Shown piece by piece: positions 14,801 to 27,700 of a stretch of 64,000 nucleotides of DNA (position 1 is the stretch's first letter; the number at the start of each line of letters is the position of its first letter). The stretch comes from Trichoplax sp. H2. Lineage: Eukaryota. The notes under the pieces were generated by a model. That model was not told the origin of the DNA, ran no database searches, and saw only the letters and a list, made by a program, of their open reading frames with translations. The stretch is from the NCBI GenBank assembly GCA_003344405.1, contig NOWV01000032.1, positions 1 to 64,000 on the forward strand. Reading direction: 5' to 3'. The position numbers and the translations under genes are program-made.

Positions 14801-17800
14801 GTACTTTAAGATTGTCAGGTAATTCTTGCCGACCAGCATAACCAGGATTCATAGTGATGAAGATTGTACAAGTAGGATCTAATGAGATTTCTGTTCCTTC
14901 AAATATAAACTTCTCGACACCACTTGCAATACCTTGTTGTATACTTAAGATTTGCTGCGCTACTACCGATAATACCTCTAATTCAATACGATTAAATTCA
15001 TCGAAACATGCCCAAGCACCTGCCTGTGCTAAACCTTTAAAAAATTTCCCCATTGCTTTATAATCAAGCCCATCCGAGCAATTGAATACAACACACTGTT
15101 TTGCTACTGCTTTTGCTAAATCTTTGCATGTTTCAGTTTTACCTGTACCGGCTGGGCCCTCAGGTGCTCCACCAAGATTTAATTTAATCGCACCCATTAA
15201 AGTTCGATAACAACGATCTGTTAACGGTGTAATTACGAGACGTGAACTATTGCCAAGATATTCATAACCATAGCATATATTAGTGGTAATCATGCGAACT
15301 AATACTTGTGATTCTTCCCAGTAGTATCTTAATTGACTTATCCATTGAAAATCATCGGTGTTATTCACTTGATGTTCGACTAATTGATGAACAACATCTC
15401 GGGCGTGAACATCAATAACAATCAGCGCTCCTAATGTAACCCGTGATCCAGGATCTAATTTTCCTCGGACTAGTTGAACAATATCATCAATCTGTTTATT
15501 ACACTTTTGTAAATAATTCTCCAATCCATGCTGTTGAGATAAAGCGGCCATGACTTCTAGTGTCCAATAAACTGAACTAGCACAAATAACTACTTGGCCT
15601 GGCCAGTCTAAGACCCATTTTGGTCGTGGGTCTTGAGGATAAGAATCCATGGCTTGTTCAATTATCTTTTGTAAACTTCCCGTCATAGCTTGTTCCACTT
15701 GCAACAACCATTTCTCGACCATTCCACGAGCTCTAACAGGATAAACTTTATTGGTTAAAGTGACAATTTCATTTTCAGCGCTGATCATTCCAGTAATCTC
15801 CAAGTCATCATTAAATTCTAATCGATTAATACCCTCGAAGCATTTCTTTAAATGAGGCTGTACACGCAACGGATCTTTGGTTTCCGATAAAATTTCTAAT
15901 AGTTCGTCATTAGATAAAAAGAAAAAACGAGGAAAGTAAAGTCGTTTCTTTTCAAGATAACTATTTAAGCCCTTCTGGATTTCTTCAAGCAATACATTGG
16001 AATCTTCTAAACGTTGCAGCATATTCATTTGCGATGTACACATGAGTACTAGTGGCTCTTTCACCGATTCCGTCATGATATCGCGCCAGTAGCTGTCAAC
16101 GATGCCAAATTTACGACTCTCATCCGGCATTTGAGCCATAATATCTTCAGAACCGAATATTGGCTCCAGATATAGCCAAGTAGCTTGGCATTTAAGCCAT
16201 GCATCTAAGATATCTTGTACACTTGTTAGTTGTTCTTCCCATATTTTAATCTCTTCTTCATATGGCTTAATATAAGGAGATCCACGTATAGTTTGCGTTT
16301 TGATAAGGTGATCATCTAGTAGAACTTGTATGTCGTCGATGGATGACAAGATAGATATTCCTTTTTCACGATATTCAACGAATTCAAAAGCTATTTCTTC
16401 CCATTCACTCTTCATTTTCTTAATAGAAGTTTCCAATGCATACTCTTTTGTTGCTAAACCGCTAACTTCTTCCAGCCTGTAAAGTTATTAATTATAAATC
16501 ATAACTGGTTCAAATATCGTATAGATCGCCAATTAAAACAACAAATGATCATTCACTTTACTATATAAATTTATATAACTAATATCATTAAATGTGATTA
16601 CCTCTCCATAAATTTATTTAAATCATAATCCAACAGGTGGCTAAAGGCAGTATCTTCGTCAGGTTTAATATCATATTCGACGATTTCGCTCATCTAACCA
16701 AAGACAAAAGAAAGAAATTTACAATTTTTCCTAAGTACAGACCATGGATTCATTGTCTATGTTATAAAATACTTCTATACTCCATGTAGATTTTTTTGGT
16801 GTATTTGGAAATAAATGAAGGTGAGGTTCCTATAGGTACAACAAATTACATACCGATTCCCAATGACGATCTTTCAAACCTGGATTTCGTAATATTTGTA
16901 AGATGGGTAAATTTATTTTAAATTTCTCCAATTTCGATTTAACGGTTTCGACAACGCGTCGTGGCGAAGTCACATCCGAAAACGTTCTTGATAATCGGTG
17001 AATGGTATGCCACATGGTTTCAAAATCTTCAGTAATTTTATCAGCATCCAATTCAAGAAATGATCCTATATATCGTAAAAAAATTTTAATGCCTATTTAA
17101 TCGACAGAGCAAGACTTGTTTTATCATGATGAAGCTGATGGCAGATAGCAGCAATCAATCTGAAAGTAATTACTTACCGTTCATCCAAATTTCATGTTTA
17201 GTATAAAATTCCAATGCAGTTTTCCACAATTTATCATAAGGGTCTTTAGTTGCGAACATAACACTTAGTTGGGGGAAAGCGGATGGTGGCCAATCTAATA
17301 GTTTTTCTTCACTGTTAATAGCTTCCAACTCTTCGGATTCAGCCAACAATTTCTCATGAAGATCTTGCAACGTATCGACATTTTTCTTCATTTCTTCCAT
17401 TGCCATTATCTCTTTTCGTCTAAATATTTCTATATCAGAACTATAAGTTGTGATTTTTCCTTCCAGCAGTTTTACTCTTTTTCTTAGCTTTAATAATAAC
17501 AGAATATGTTAGTCAATATTGGATTTTCATAGGCCTTACAACAACATAAATCAAACTGTAAGGTCACGATTACGTTTCCATCGGTAGAATAGCGATATTT
17601 ATTATCTTAATTATATATTTTTTTTCATTTGTCTTAAGAATCTTTCTATGCCATACCTCTTCTTCCGCAAGATCCCTGCGATTTTGCATTCTAGCACCCA
17701 TTATATCAAAAGTGCGAGCGATTTGATGAGGCCAATTAAAAACTGTATTATTTAATTTCATGTCATCCGTTGACAATGTTGCGTAATCAAGGAGGAAGTC

Positions 17801-19099
17801 TAATCGATTTGAAGCCTTAGCAATATCGTCCTGCAATCGGTATACTTTTATCATACTAGCTTCTTTAATGAACTCCATCAAACTAACTAACTCTTCGGTA
17901 TTACGAGGAATCTCTTGAGATCGCTCAGAAATTTCTTCATAGCGACGACATAATGCCTTATTTAATTCACGATGATTTTCTACTACATGAGTCACCAATT
18001 TTCTAATCAGGAAATTGCAACGATCCATAAGATCTCTTTTCAATTCACTACAGTCAAGTCTCAACATATTCAGCGATACAACGGTTAACAGTGAGCCAAT
18101 TTCGTTTCTGGTTGCTTTTAATTGGCCTATTTTCTACGAAATAAATTAAAATATTTTCAATCCAATTATATGAAATTTCATAGGTAGATCGTAATAATGC
18201 AGTATTGCAATGATGGAATCAATTCGATACCTCAGAGAAGTCATATAATTCATGATCTTCCTTAAGAAACGTGATCGTCTCTGATTCCGCTTTACCGCTT
18301 AATAAATGCAAGTATTGTTTATAGATATCGAGGTACCTGGAATGGTTTGAATAGCGTTTTCGTAAATTAATTATTTTAGAGTTAATCAGGAGGATAAATT
18401 TAAACACATAATAGTAATAATTTCAGGCTTTTACCGTTTTGGGCCATTGGTATTATTTTTATAGGTCTTAAGCGCGTCTTCAATAATATCGACAACCGTT
18501 GTCTCCGAAACCTTTACGGAGCTTAAAACCAGTTGATGTCCCTTCATGTTCGGAAATACTTCGTGTTCGATCTGTAAATTTAAGCCATAACGCATAAAAA
18601 TCTTGGTGAGGGATCAAAAAGGATCACTTTTAACTACAAGCTGAAAGTTAGTATATTATGCTTTATACAGGCTAATATCTATTAATCGCAGCAAGCAAAT
18701 ATGGTTTTCGCATACCCTGGGTATATCTTCAGCACTCCTGATTATCTCTTTAAAAATCCTAACAATGACCTCTCCAATATCAGAAAATGTAGGACTGATG
18801 ATAATGGAAGGAGCTTTAGTCAGGGCCCTAACTGTTATCATCTAAATTTTAAAGATAAATAAAGTCAACTTAAATCGAATACAGCCAGATTAACAAAATG
18901 ATGCGAAAAAATATTCCTTTTCTAGGTATACCTGGCGTTGAGGAAAGTTTAATTCCTTATAAAATTTTTCAAAGTCATTGCCATTCTGCAGAGTAAGATT
19001 AGTCAATCAGTCTAGTACTAATTGCTTAAATTATATATTAAGGTAATAAAAAGTAGTAATTATTTACGATAAAAAATTTAAATCTTATGCCTACTACGG

Positions 19100-19131
<32 letters not shown>

Positions 19132-22100
19132 CCTTGTACAATTTAAAATATTCAAGTAAATCCCGCAAGGAATCCATCACTAAATTTCGAAGTTGGCGTG
19201 ACATTAATGTTGCAACGCAAGAATACAAATGTTGGACTAATTCGGTTGATTCTACTTCGCTTGCGGGAATCAAATACGTCCATAATTGTTTGTTAGTTAA
19301 GAATTGCTTAGCACATTCTGGAACCCACCTAAAGGTAAATAAAAATTAGTTTTTAAATTAGACTATACAGATATTAATAACATAGCATTTCATTAATCAA
19401 TAATGGCAGCATACATAATTTTTTAAAATTGTCATTATTTACCTGTTGATTAACATCTGCCTTGTCCTATTACATTGATTCCGAATTATTTCTTCCAATT
19501 CATCGGGTAATGGTGGAGATTTTAAGTCTTCATAATTGTAAGGACCAGATTGATCATCCGGTAAGGATGTGATATTGATTAATTCCGCGACATTAACGAA
19601 TCTGGTATCCTTATAACTAAGAGAAACAACAAATTCTATTATTTGCTATTATTTCGATAGAGGTGCTGATATTACCAGAGGAGATCAAATAACTGTAATC
19701 TATGGAATTTGCTTATTCAAATTATATGCAATATCATTTAAACGTGGAGATATTGAATAAATAGACATAAATTTGATTTCCTATGGTGAGGCTTTTTTCG
19801 TCAATTTATTATCCAACTGCAGATATTCAAATAAAGTTTACGCACACAGATTTTTAATTTTATTTATCCCTTGATTAATTATATTGTGTACATCAATCAT
19901 ACTGTTATTAAATTAAAAACATGATATTATTAAATAGTATAGGGTCGAATTTAAAGGGTAAGCTAAATTAAGAATAGCATTGAAGAATGAAGCGTTATAC
20001 AATTGTATGAAGGGGCTTCAAATCGATTTTTAAAAATGCACCGTTGTATGATTAATTATATATATTCTTACCTGTCATTCCAAATATTTTCAATATTGAT
20101 TAACAATGGATTAATGGTGAACAAATGGCTTTCAATGTATTCTTTAGCGGATATGTAATTTGAATGCCAGGGAACAGGTGCTCGTATGGTTCTATTTTGG
20201 ATTTTATATAAAATTTAGTATGATATTATTACCTCCCTATCAAGTTAAATTAGCACTAATTAAGTCATTAACATAAGTTAGGGTAAAGAACTTTGCACTG
20301 CTATACTATTGTTGTCCGTGAATTAATCTAACATTAAATCATACTATACCTTGACGGAAAAGATTTTGGAGTCCAGTGTATTTGTAGTCGTTCCCTTTCT
20401 TCATTATCTTTCAATATATAATCGACTAAAAAGTAATATAATTTGTAGTCAGAATTATATTTCTTAGCTGATACAATACCAAGCTACAATACAATAGTAA
20501 CGCTATATGCTCATAGTCATGCTGGAGGCACTTATTTCTACCTACCAATGCATGTACGAATGCTGAAGTAGTAATCGTTTAAAACTTCACTTTTAACACT
20601 ATTGATAATATCTGGTGCCAACTTCTGTTGCATAAGTCTATCTGTAATTAAGTTTTCTATATATGTAAAATTGCTTTCTGGATATTTTGCAATGGCTCGC
20701 TGGTCGATCCCTCTATAGAGATAGTAATAGTAACGCTAAAATATGGAAAATAGGGTACAAATTAGAGCCATATTTACGATATGCAAAATAAAAGAAAAGA
20801 AAAATTAAATAGTTTTTTTACCTCAGCATCTTTTTCAGAGGGTTCGGAACTATTTTGATAATCTTCTGTTTGCCATCTAGTAGCTGTGATTTGCTCTTGA
20901 GGTGATAGTGGAGGGCTACTAGGTAATACCATCAGTCTTTAAAATATAATTTATCAGTGAACAATATGGAGTATTAGTGCAATCCATCGAAAAAGTAATT
21001 CTATATGAAAATATGCTAACTCTGAATCCTTCTTCTTTTTATGTGAAAGCCCATTAGTTCGAGGGGATGAAGGAGGAATAGTTAATTTTAACGTTTGCTT
21101 ATTGCGCGGTGAAGTGGATTCTAGTATGAAATTTCCATTTGGTCAAGGTAAACAATCGTATAAGATAAATTGTACGTTTATGTTATTTACTATTTGACAG
21201 AAAGAAATTAGCGAAGTAAATATAGTAAAAGTTTGATTAGCAAAAATTAGCTGACGGATAGTTGATAAATAGAAATAGATCTTTCAATTTAGATACGATT
21301 TGTTCCACTACCATTTGAGGTAAAACGTTTTTTGGATAAATTTTGTATACGAAGATTCCGGGCGGTTGGCGTGTAATTATTACCAATACATTCTGTTGGG
21401 GTTCTATGATACTTTTCTTCTTTAAATGGTGCTGCTTGAGTCCATGATCCGATATTCTTCATCATCGGTGGATGCTCACCGTGTTTTTGTACAATCTAAC
21501 GAAAAGTAATGTATAGCATGAAATAAGTAAATCAGTAAATAGTGACAGATTCTGTCGAAATGTAAACGAGATTTAATAATTTTTCAAACGAAAATTTACA
21601 ATGTTCTACCATCACAATAAAGTTATTACGCCATTAATTAATTAATTATTTTAGAAGCATGGAACTACTATTGTTTTGGTTAAGAGTTATCATATCACTC
21701 TCAGTGAGTATCTCTTGTCTGTAAAAGCTATCCTCAAAGTACAGGTAATGCAATCTCCAATTAATCACGATACTTGCCTCATACAAATCGGATTGTCTAT
21801 TTTGAACAGCTGGCAATGGAGGAAGAGATGGAATTCCTCGAATGTATGAGGTATTCATCAAAGGAGATTCCGAATGCTAAGAAAATTGTACACAAGTATA
21901 CGTTAAAATTAAGGTATTAAAAAATATTTTAACGTAACGATTAGAATTACGAGTGCATAGGCTTAAGATTGATTTTGAACAAATTTCAAAATTGATCTAC
22001 AAGATTTCGAGTAGTACAATTATCTTCTAGGTGTGGGATGTTAAACGATATTGATAGCTTTACATAATTTATTGGTCATTTATTTGCATATGAAATCATT

Positions 22101-22291
22101 TGATAACCTATCTCATAAGCTCTGTAAGAATATTGCTAAGATGATAGAAAAGCGACAAAGAAATTTAACTTTCTATAAAAGATTTGATTATTTACGATTT
22201 TCTCATATTCATTTGATCATACTGCAATTGCACATCTGAGTGGAATATTAATTTTTACGATTACTACCTTAGCACGTTCAAAAGCTGACAT
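5864..22291 (-). CDS. DNAH3: Axonemal inner-arm dynein heavy chain, DNAH3-like (multi-exon)
   Basis: P-loops [34 protein letters not shown]-terminus [15 protein letters not shown] (TGA 5864-5866). N-terminal exons LPPLPA...SDLYE / [25 protein letters not shown] resemble the DNAH3 N-terminus as I recall it. First coding exon 22268-22291 (MSAFERAK) is less certain. Confidence 0.9.
6071..6200 (-). other. Candidate U12-type (minor spliceosome) GT-AG intron, last intron of DNAH3
   Basis: Donor GTATCCTAAC; branch-site TTCCTTAAC (6091-6099) about 20 nt before the AG; flanking exons join in frame (DALPT|LYIKPS). Confidence 0.7.
19101..19131. repeat. (TA)n microsatellite starting at a DNAH3 splice donor
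   Basis: The minus strand reads AAG|GTATATATATATAT... Confidence 0.9.
21496..21777 (-). other. GC-AG intron in DNAH3
   Basis: Exon ends ...TATGAG|GCAAGTA; next exon begins ttag|ATTGTACAAAAACAC, giving in-frame [15 protein letters not shown]. Confidence 0.7.
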
Positions 22292-23388
22292 GACCGCGTC
22301 TTTGGCTCTTTTAAAACATTTAAATGCCACGTTAATTCCATTATAGAATAAGAAAAAAATACAAAATAAACTGTCAAAGCCGCGTTACAAACACTTTAAC
22401 ATTTAGCCCTTTGCTGATTAGTTCGACATAACATTTCAATTAAAGTTATCATCAAAGCAACTAAAAGTATAAATATATAAGAGAACATTTAACGAGATAC
22501 AAATCGTGAATATGTTGTATCTTAATCATCCAATACAATCAATATTAAGTAATATTTGTCTTCAGCAATACTGCTACTATAACATCACTACAGCATTTAT
22601 TACACGTTAGTTTGCATCAACGAAATCGTGCAATAATCACAGAACTATACTACTTGATGTTAATTAATCTGTAAATTATACCAATCGTTAGAAGAGGCGT
22701 TGATTACACTTGCAGTTCTTCAATTCTTTCTTATTATTTTCAGTAGGATCCAATTTTATTCTCTAAATTTTATGCGATGTATTTGCAATATAATACATTG
22801 AACAATCGATTTGACTTATTGATGGTAAATTTTCATCAAAAGATTATGACAACTAAATAATTCAACCAAAGTTGTGATAATGTGACAAAATAGGACTTGA
22901 ACTTTAATCGGTTACTCTGTACTGGTAACTGTATCTAAGAGAATCGAACCTATGTACACAAATAGTACCAGTTCAATTATACTGGCAGCCTGGTATTATT
23001 CCATAATGGTCACAGCCTATGCATCTAGGGAGATAGTATCACCATAAGTGGTATTGCTACTGTTATCTACAGTAGCTCATCAACATTATAAAACAGATGA
23101 TTATTGTGGACAATCCATATCATTATTTAATACATCCGTAATAATAATTTAGTAGCATTTAGTGACGTTGACAGTATTAAACGTATTAGCACGACTCAAG
23201 CAGAACAATGCGTGTTAATACGCTCCACTGCCTATAATATGTTCTTGTTGTTTTTGCTTGGAATTCTATACCTACATCGGGATGGAAGTTTCCATCACGG
23301 TATAACCCCTATTAATTACAAAACGATCTGCAGCAGTAGATAATTAATGGAATATGTTATATGGCGGCCACTGTTGTTGCAGTGGTTT

Positions 23389-23416
23389 GTGTCATGACGA
23401 CCGTTGCCGTGGTAAC
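23389..23416. promoter_or_regulatory. RFX X-box GTTGCCGTGGTAAC (23403-23416) plus adjacent degenerate X-box GTGTCATGACGAC (23389-23401)
   Basis: Near-consensus X-box (GTTGCCATGGCAAC-type palindrome) located centrally between divergent DNAH3 and FBXW10-like genes. Confidence 0.75.
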
Positions 23417-24735
23417 ATTCTTAAACTAACGAATTTTGCAATAATAAGATAAAGTAGTATAAATGATATTTAATACTACCCCATAGAATTTCATCGGATG
23501 ACTACAACGCTGTAATATGGCGTTCATGATACTTATGTTAGTCAAAATTATCACATCATCATGCTTTTAGTGCAGTGACTATATGACAGCACGTACTGCT
23601 TTACGCTGCTTAATTCTATATGTCAGCATTCAAGACACGATTATCAATTAAAATGAAAGTTATGTTTGTACTAGAGCACCCTTTCGACATAACATACAGC
23701 ATTGAGTATAGGCAACGGTCTATAATAGTACAGTATACTATACTGATCTGACGATATGAACGAACTAGCGCGATTTAAAGTTTATAAGTACTCGCACACA
23801 GTCATTTTCTAATACATAACTTATTGCACAGTCAATACGGCCGGAACCGAATTTAATACTATCCTGCATAATTTAGTGCGGACAATATGTACTACCCCAT
23901 AGGCAATCTAAATTATGCCTATGACATTTTAATACGAACAAAAGCATAGTAGTTTCGTCTCATTATATTAAATACATCTTGGCTAGTATAAGATCTCATC
24001 AACTTAGTTGATTGGAGAGTAACTAGTATGGATACTATACGACGCAACAGTCGTTAACCCAGGCAATAAAATATTATCAATCATTTGAACTGAAACGCAT
24101 TGTTCAATTTTCCATTGTCCATTCCTATAACAACGACCGTTATTATTGTTAAACAATAAATTATAGTACCTGCTATATATATTTCCTGTACATGTTACTA
24201 CATTCATGCCTTCCCTGTTGTACTGTAATAGCAGATTGTGATGTATGTAATTAGGCATAAAATATCATCTTACTTGAGTTAATTTATTTCTTAATTTACT
24301 AGTAGAGATTGATGCATGGTATACGTATAAGGAGACTACAAGATCTTAAGATACTATTTCTTGGATTTATAATTGATATAAAGGACGTTTTATTTCTAAA
24401 GACTCATAGGAAATTCGTTCCAATCACGGAAATCAAGTAGAAATAGCATATATTGCTGAAATTACCGGACATACGCGTATTTATTATCCGACCAAAACAA
24501 CGTATCACAAAATAACTTAGTCTAATTTGTTATTGGATTGCTTCTGAAGGCCTAGATTAAAATGCACTAACAGTATATCATTAATGATCTAGCTGAACGT
24601 AAGTTTAAACAGAGATTTTTATTTCAATTTTACAATATCATACCACTGACATCAAGATATCTAAATATATTATTAAATTGATGATTTTCAACAGCCGTCA
24701 TTTATCGTTTATTTATTCCTATAGGTCTAACGACA

Positions 24736-27700
24736 ATGCCAAATCCCACGCCATTTAGTATAGCGAATGCACCACAATTACGTTGTACAACTAACAAGTA
24801 CGATGTTACAACATGTGGCGAATGCGAAGCCTGCCGTTTAACCCAGGTTTTAAATAAAACTAAAGAATGGTTTACACGTTGTGGCGAAGCATCGCAACGT
24901 CGTTTTACTATGGGCTTAATGAGTCGTATTGATTGTAAAACAACGTATGAAAGATTATTAATGTTACTTACACCTTTAGTTGGAAAAGATTACACTTACA
25001 CTAGATCGCGTAGTAGTCCTAGTTTAGAAATCGATTACGTTTCATCACCATCTGATCGAGCGCTTAAGAAATCTTTCGTAATTAATTGTATCAACGAAAC
25101 TTGGCAATGGTTTACTTCAGCTAAAGAATGGACGCGTATAAATTTTTTGTTAAGCATCTTGCAATGGTGTGACACAAGGTTATTACACATACTTAATAGC
25201 CAATGTAAAGCTCTGCATAAGTGGAAAACTAAAGAAGGTAAGTAAAATAAATCGATATCACTTCAAATTTTTGGTGAGAAATAGTAGTATCGGTTGACTG
25301 TAATGTTAACTCTTTACAAAAAGAAATCAGCTATGCTTTGGCAGATGTTAACTAAGTAAATTAATGATCTTTACTTCATAGATGTTTCTCCCGAAAATAG
25401 CTTTCATAATGATGACAGTCGATCAGAGTACACTGTATCTTCTCCTCGAACTCCATCACCTTTATCGAGGTCTGCCTTAATTGCTAAAAAAAGTAGATCA
25501 AGTACTGTTATAAGCTCGCAATTAGCCAGACCCTCTACGGCAATTTCTGTTCGATCGGATAACAGCTCATGTATAACTGAACCAGTTCCAATTCAAACAT
25601 ATGGAAACTGGACTGACAATAATGATAACCGAAATCCTAAATCGTATTCTAGCTATTCTGGTAAAGAGACCAATATACCGCAATGTATCCAAGATAGCGA
25701 CAATCAATATAATAATATTGAAGATTTTAGAGACGAAAATTTAGAAGAATACATAAGCGATGATGGTCAGAGTTCTGATGAAGAAATCTCATTTCCACAA
25801 TATGTTATCAACGATACATCGGGATCATGCACTTATGTTGACATGATCAAACGTCTACCTGTTCATATTTCTAAGAATATTCTAGGAATGTTGGATAGAG
25901 TCCATTTAGCTAATTGCTTATGCGTCAGTCGACATTGGCGAATTCTAGTCGAGCAGGTCCAAAATGATAATATGTTGCAACAACAAGTTTGGGAAGAAAT
26001 TATGCTTATGAAGGTATGGAAGAATAGAATAAGTAATATAGCGTCCTGAGCAGTTTATAGCGAAATCATAGTACGGAAGTAGTTAGTGTTTTTAAATAAG
26101 TATAGCATGGTATCTTGTACAATATTGTGGTTAAAAGAGCGAAATCTTAAATAGTAAGTAACGACGCTAATCAATCATCATGAGTATACGATTTATTAGA
26201 CTGCAAATGATATCTTCCGTTTATTTAATCTTTAACCATTCTTAATAAAACACTGAAGCTTTTAAAAGTATTTAAAAGTATTATGATATTACAATTCAAT
26301 AATTACTAATCAGTGTTTTACCAACTGTAACGAATTCATTAATGATAATATTTGTCTGTAAATATCTGATGAATTACTGTAGCTAATAGTATCGAGAAAT
26401 TTAAAATCCTACAACAATTTTGACTAGCAGTTTGCTGATAGTATATTACTTTCAGATAGTGATAGCCATAATCTCTCACTCTAGCAAAAGTAGGTAAAGG
26501 CGTTTTCCATAGTTTTGTTAATTATGCTCTTATTGATAGCTAAATTATACAAAAATAAAGATATTAAAAGTGACAGCTGTGCATAACTTTACGTACAAAC
26601 AGAATACAATACCCGGTTTACTTTTTTTATTGTTAATGAACTCATTCAGATTTCTCTACAATTTATCATTCGACCTTTTGTAGCTGCATTAATAGAAAAT
26701 TTGATTTCTGACCTTTTAATATATAAATCGATCTATAGGGTTCCTCCGCTCGAGGATGCAACATCCGTTTTGCCTCTATGACTCCCGTTCCTGTTCCCCA
26801 GGTTATCGAAGGGACGCACCAGGTTGAATTAACCAAAGAATCAGTAAATAGCCCGAAGCGTCTCCATGATATTCGAAATTTAAGGCATGCCTATAATGGC
26901 GTTAAGACTATAGATGTTGTAATGGATGAAAGAAACATATTTTGTGATGCATATAATCTCATTGTCGTTTCAGATCAGTAAGTCAATGTATATTTGCAAG
27001 CATGATTCACGTCAAAATTTTTGTTTATATTACGAGACTAGATGCTAATCCTTGTTTTATGTTATACTTGTAAATAGATTGGATAAACATCGGATTGTCC
27101 ATTTTGGTGGTGGCGAGTATATCCTAGTAGGATCAGTCGATCGTAGAATCAAATTACTCCATGCACAGAATGGCAAATTAGTACGCGTCTTTCATGGTCA
27201 TGCAGGCTCAATCAGGGCTCTCTACATGTGTGAGAAAGAGGGTTACATATTAAGTGGTAGCTATGATACTACAATTAGGTAAAAATTTTATGTACTTATG
27301 CTATATGTCTAATTGTAGTAGATAAATGGCCTAGATGATGATTACTGAATAATTTTTATGTCAAAACCCGACTTAAAACTATACAGGTGCTGGTCTCTAG
27401 CCACAGGCACATTCTTAAAGATATTTCGTGGGTAAGTTTTAATTTATTTGGCCATTGAATTGTCTTCGTAGCAGTGTATTGCAAAATATACAGTATTTCG
27501 ATAAGTAGATTTGATTTATATTCGTATTTGCATCAATTTCTTCATGAAATTAACATTACTTCCATGCTCTTAGCCATCAAGGAACAATTACTTGCCTTGA
27601 TTTGCACAATAATATTCCCGTTTCTGGTGCTCGCGATAAACAAGTGAAAGGTCAGTATAGGATAAATAAATTATTATTTCTAATATGTTGTTTAAATCTT

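Noticed and set aside
10160..15063. Small antisense or alternate-frame ORFs within the dynein giant exon
   Set aside because: Shadow ORFs expected within a long coding exon.
8085..16436. Treating the 2783-aa ORF as a complete intronless or horizontally acquired gene
   Set aside because: It is bounded by canonical splice sites and continues in frame into flanking dynein exons.
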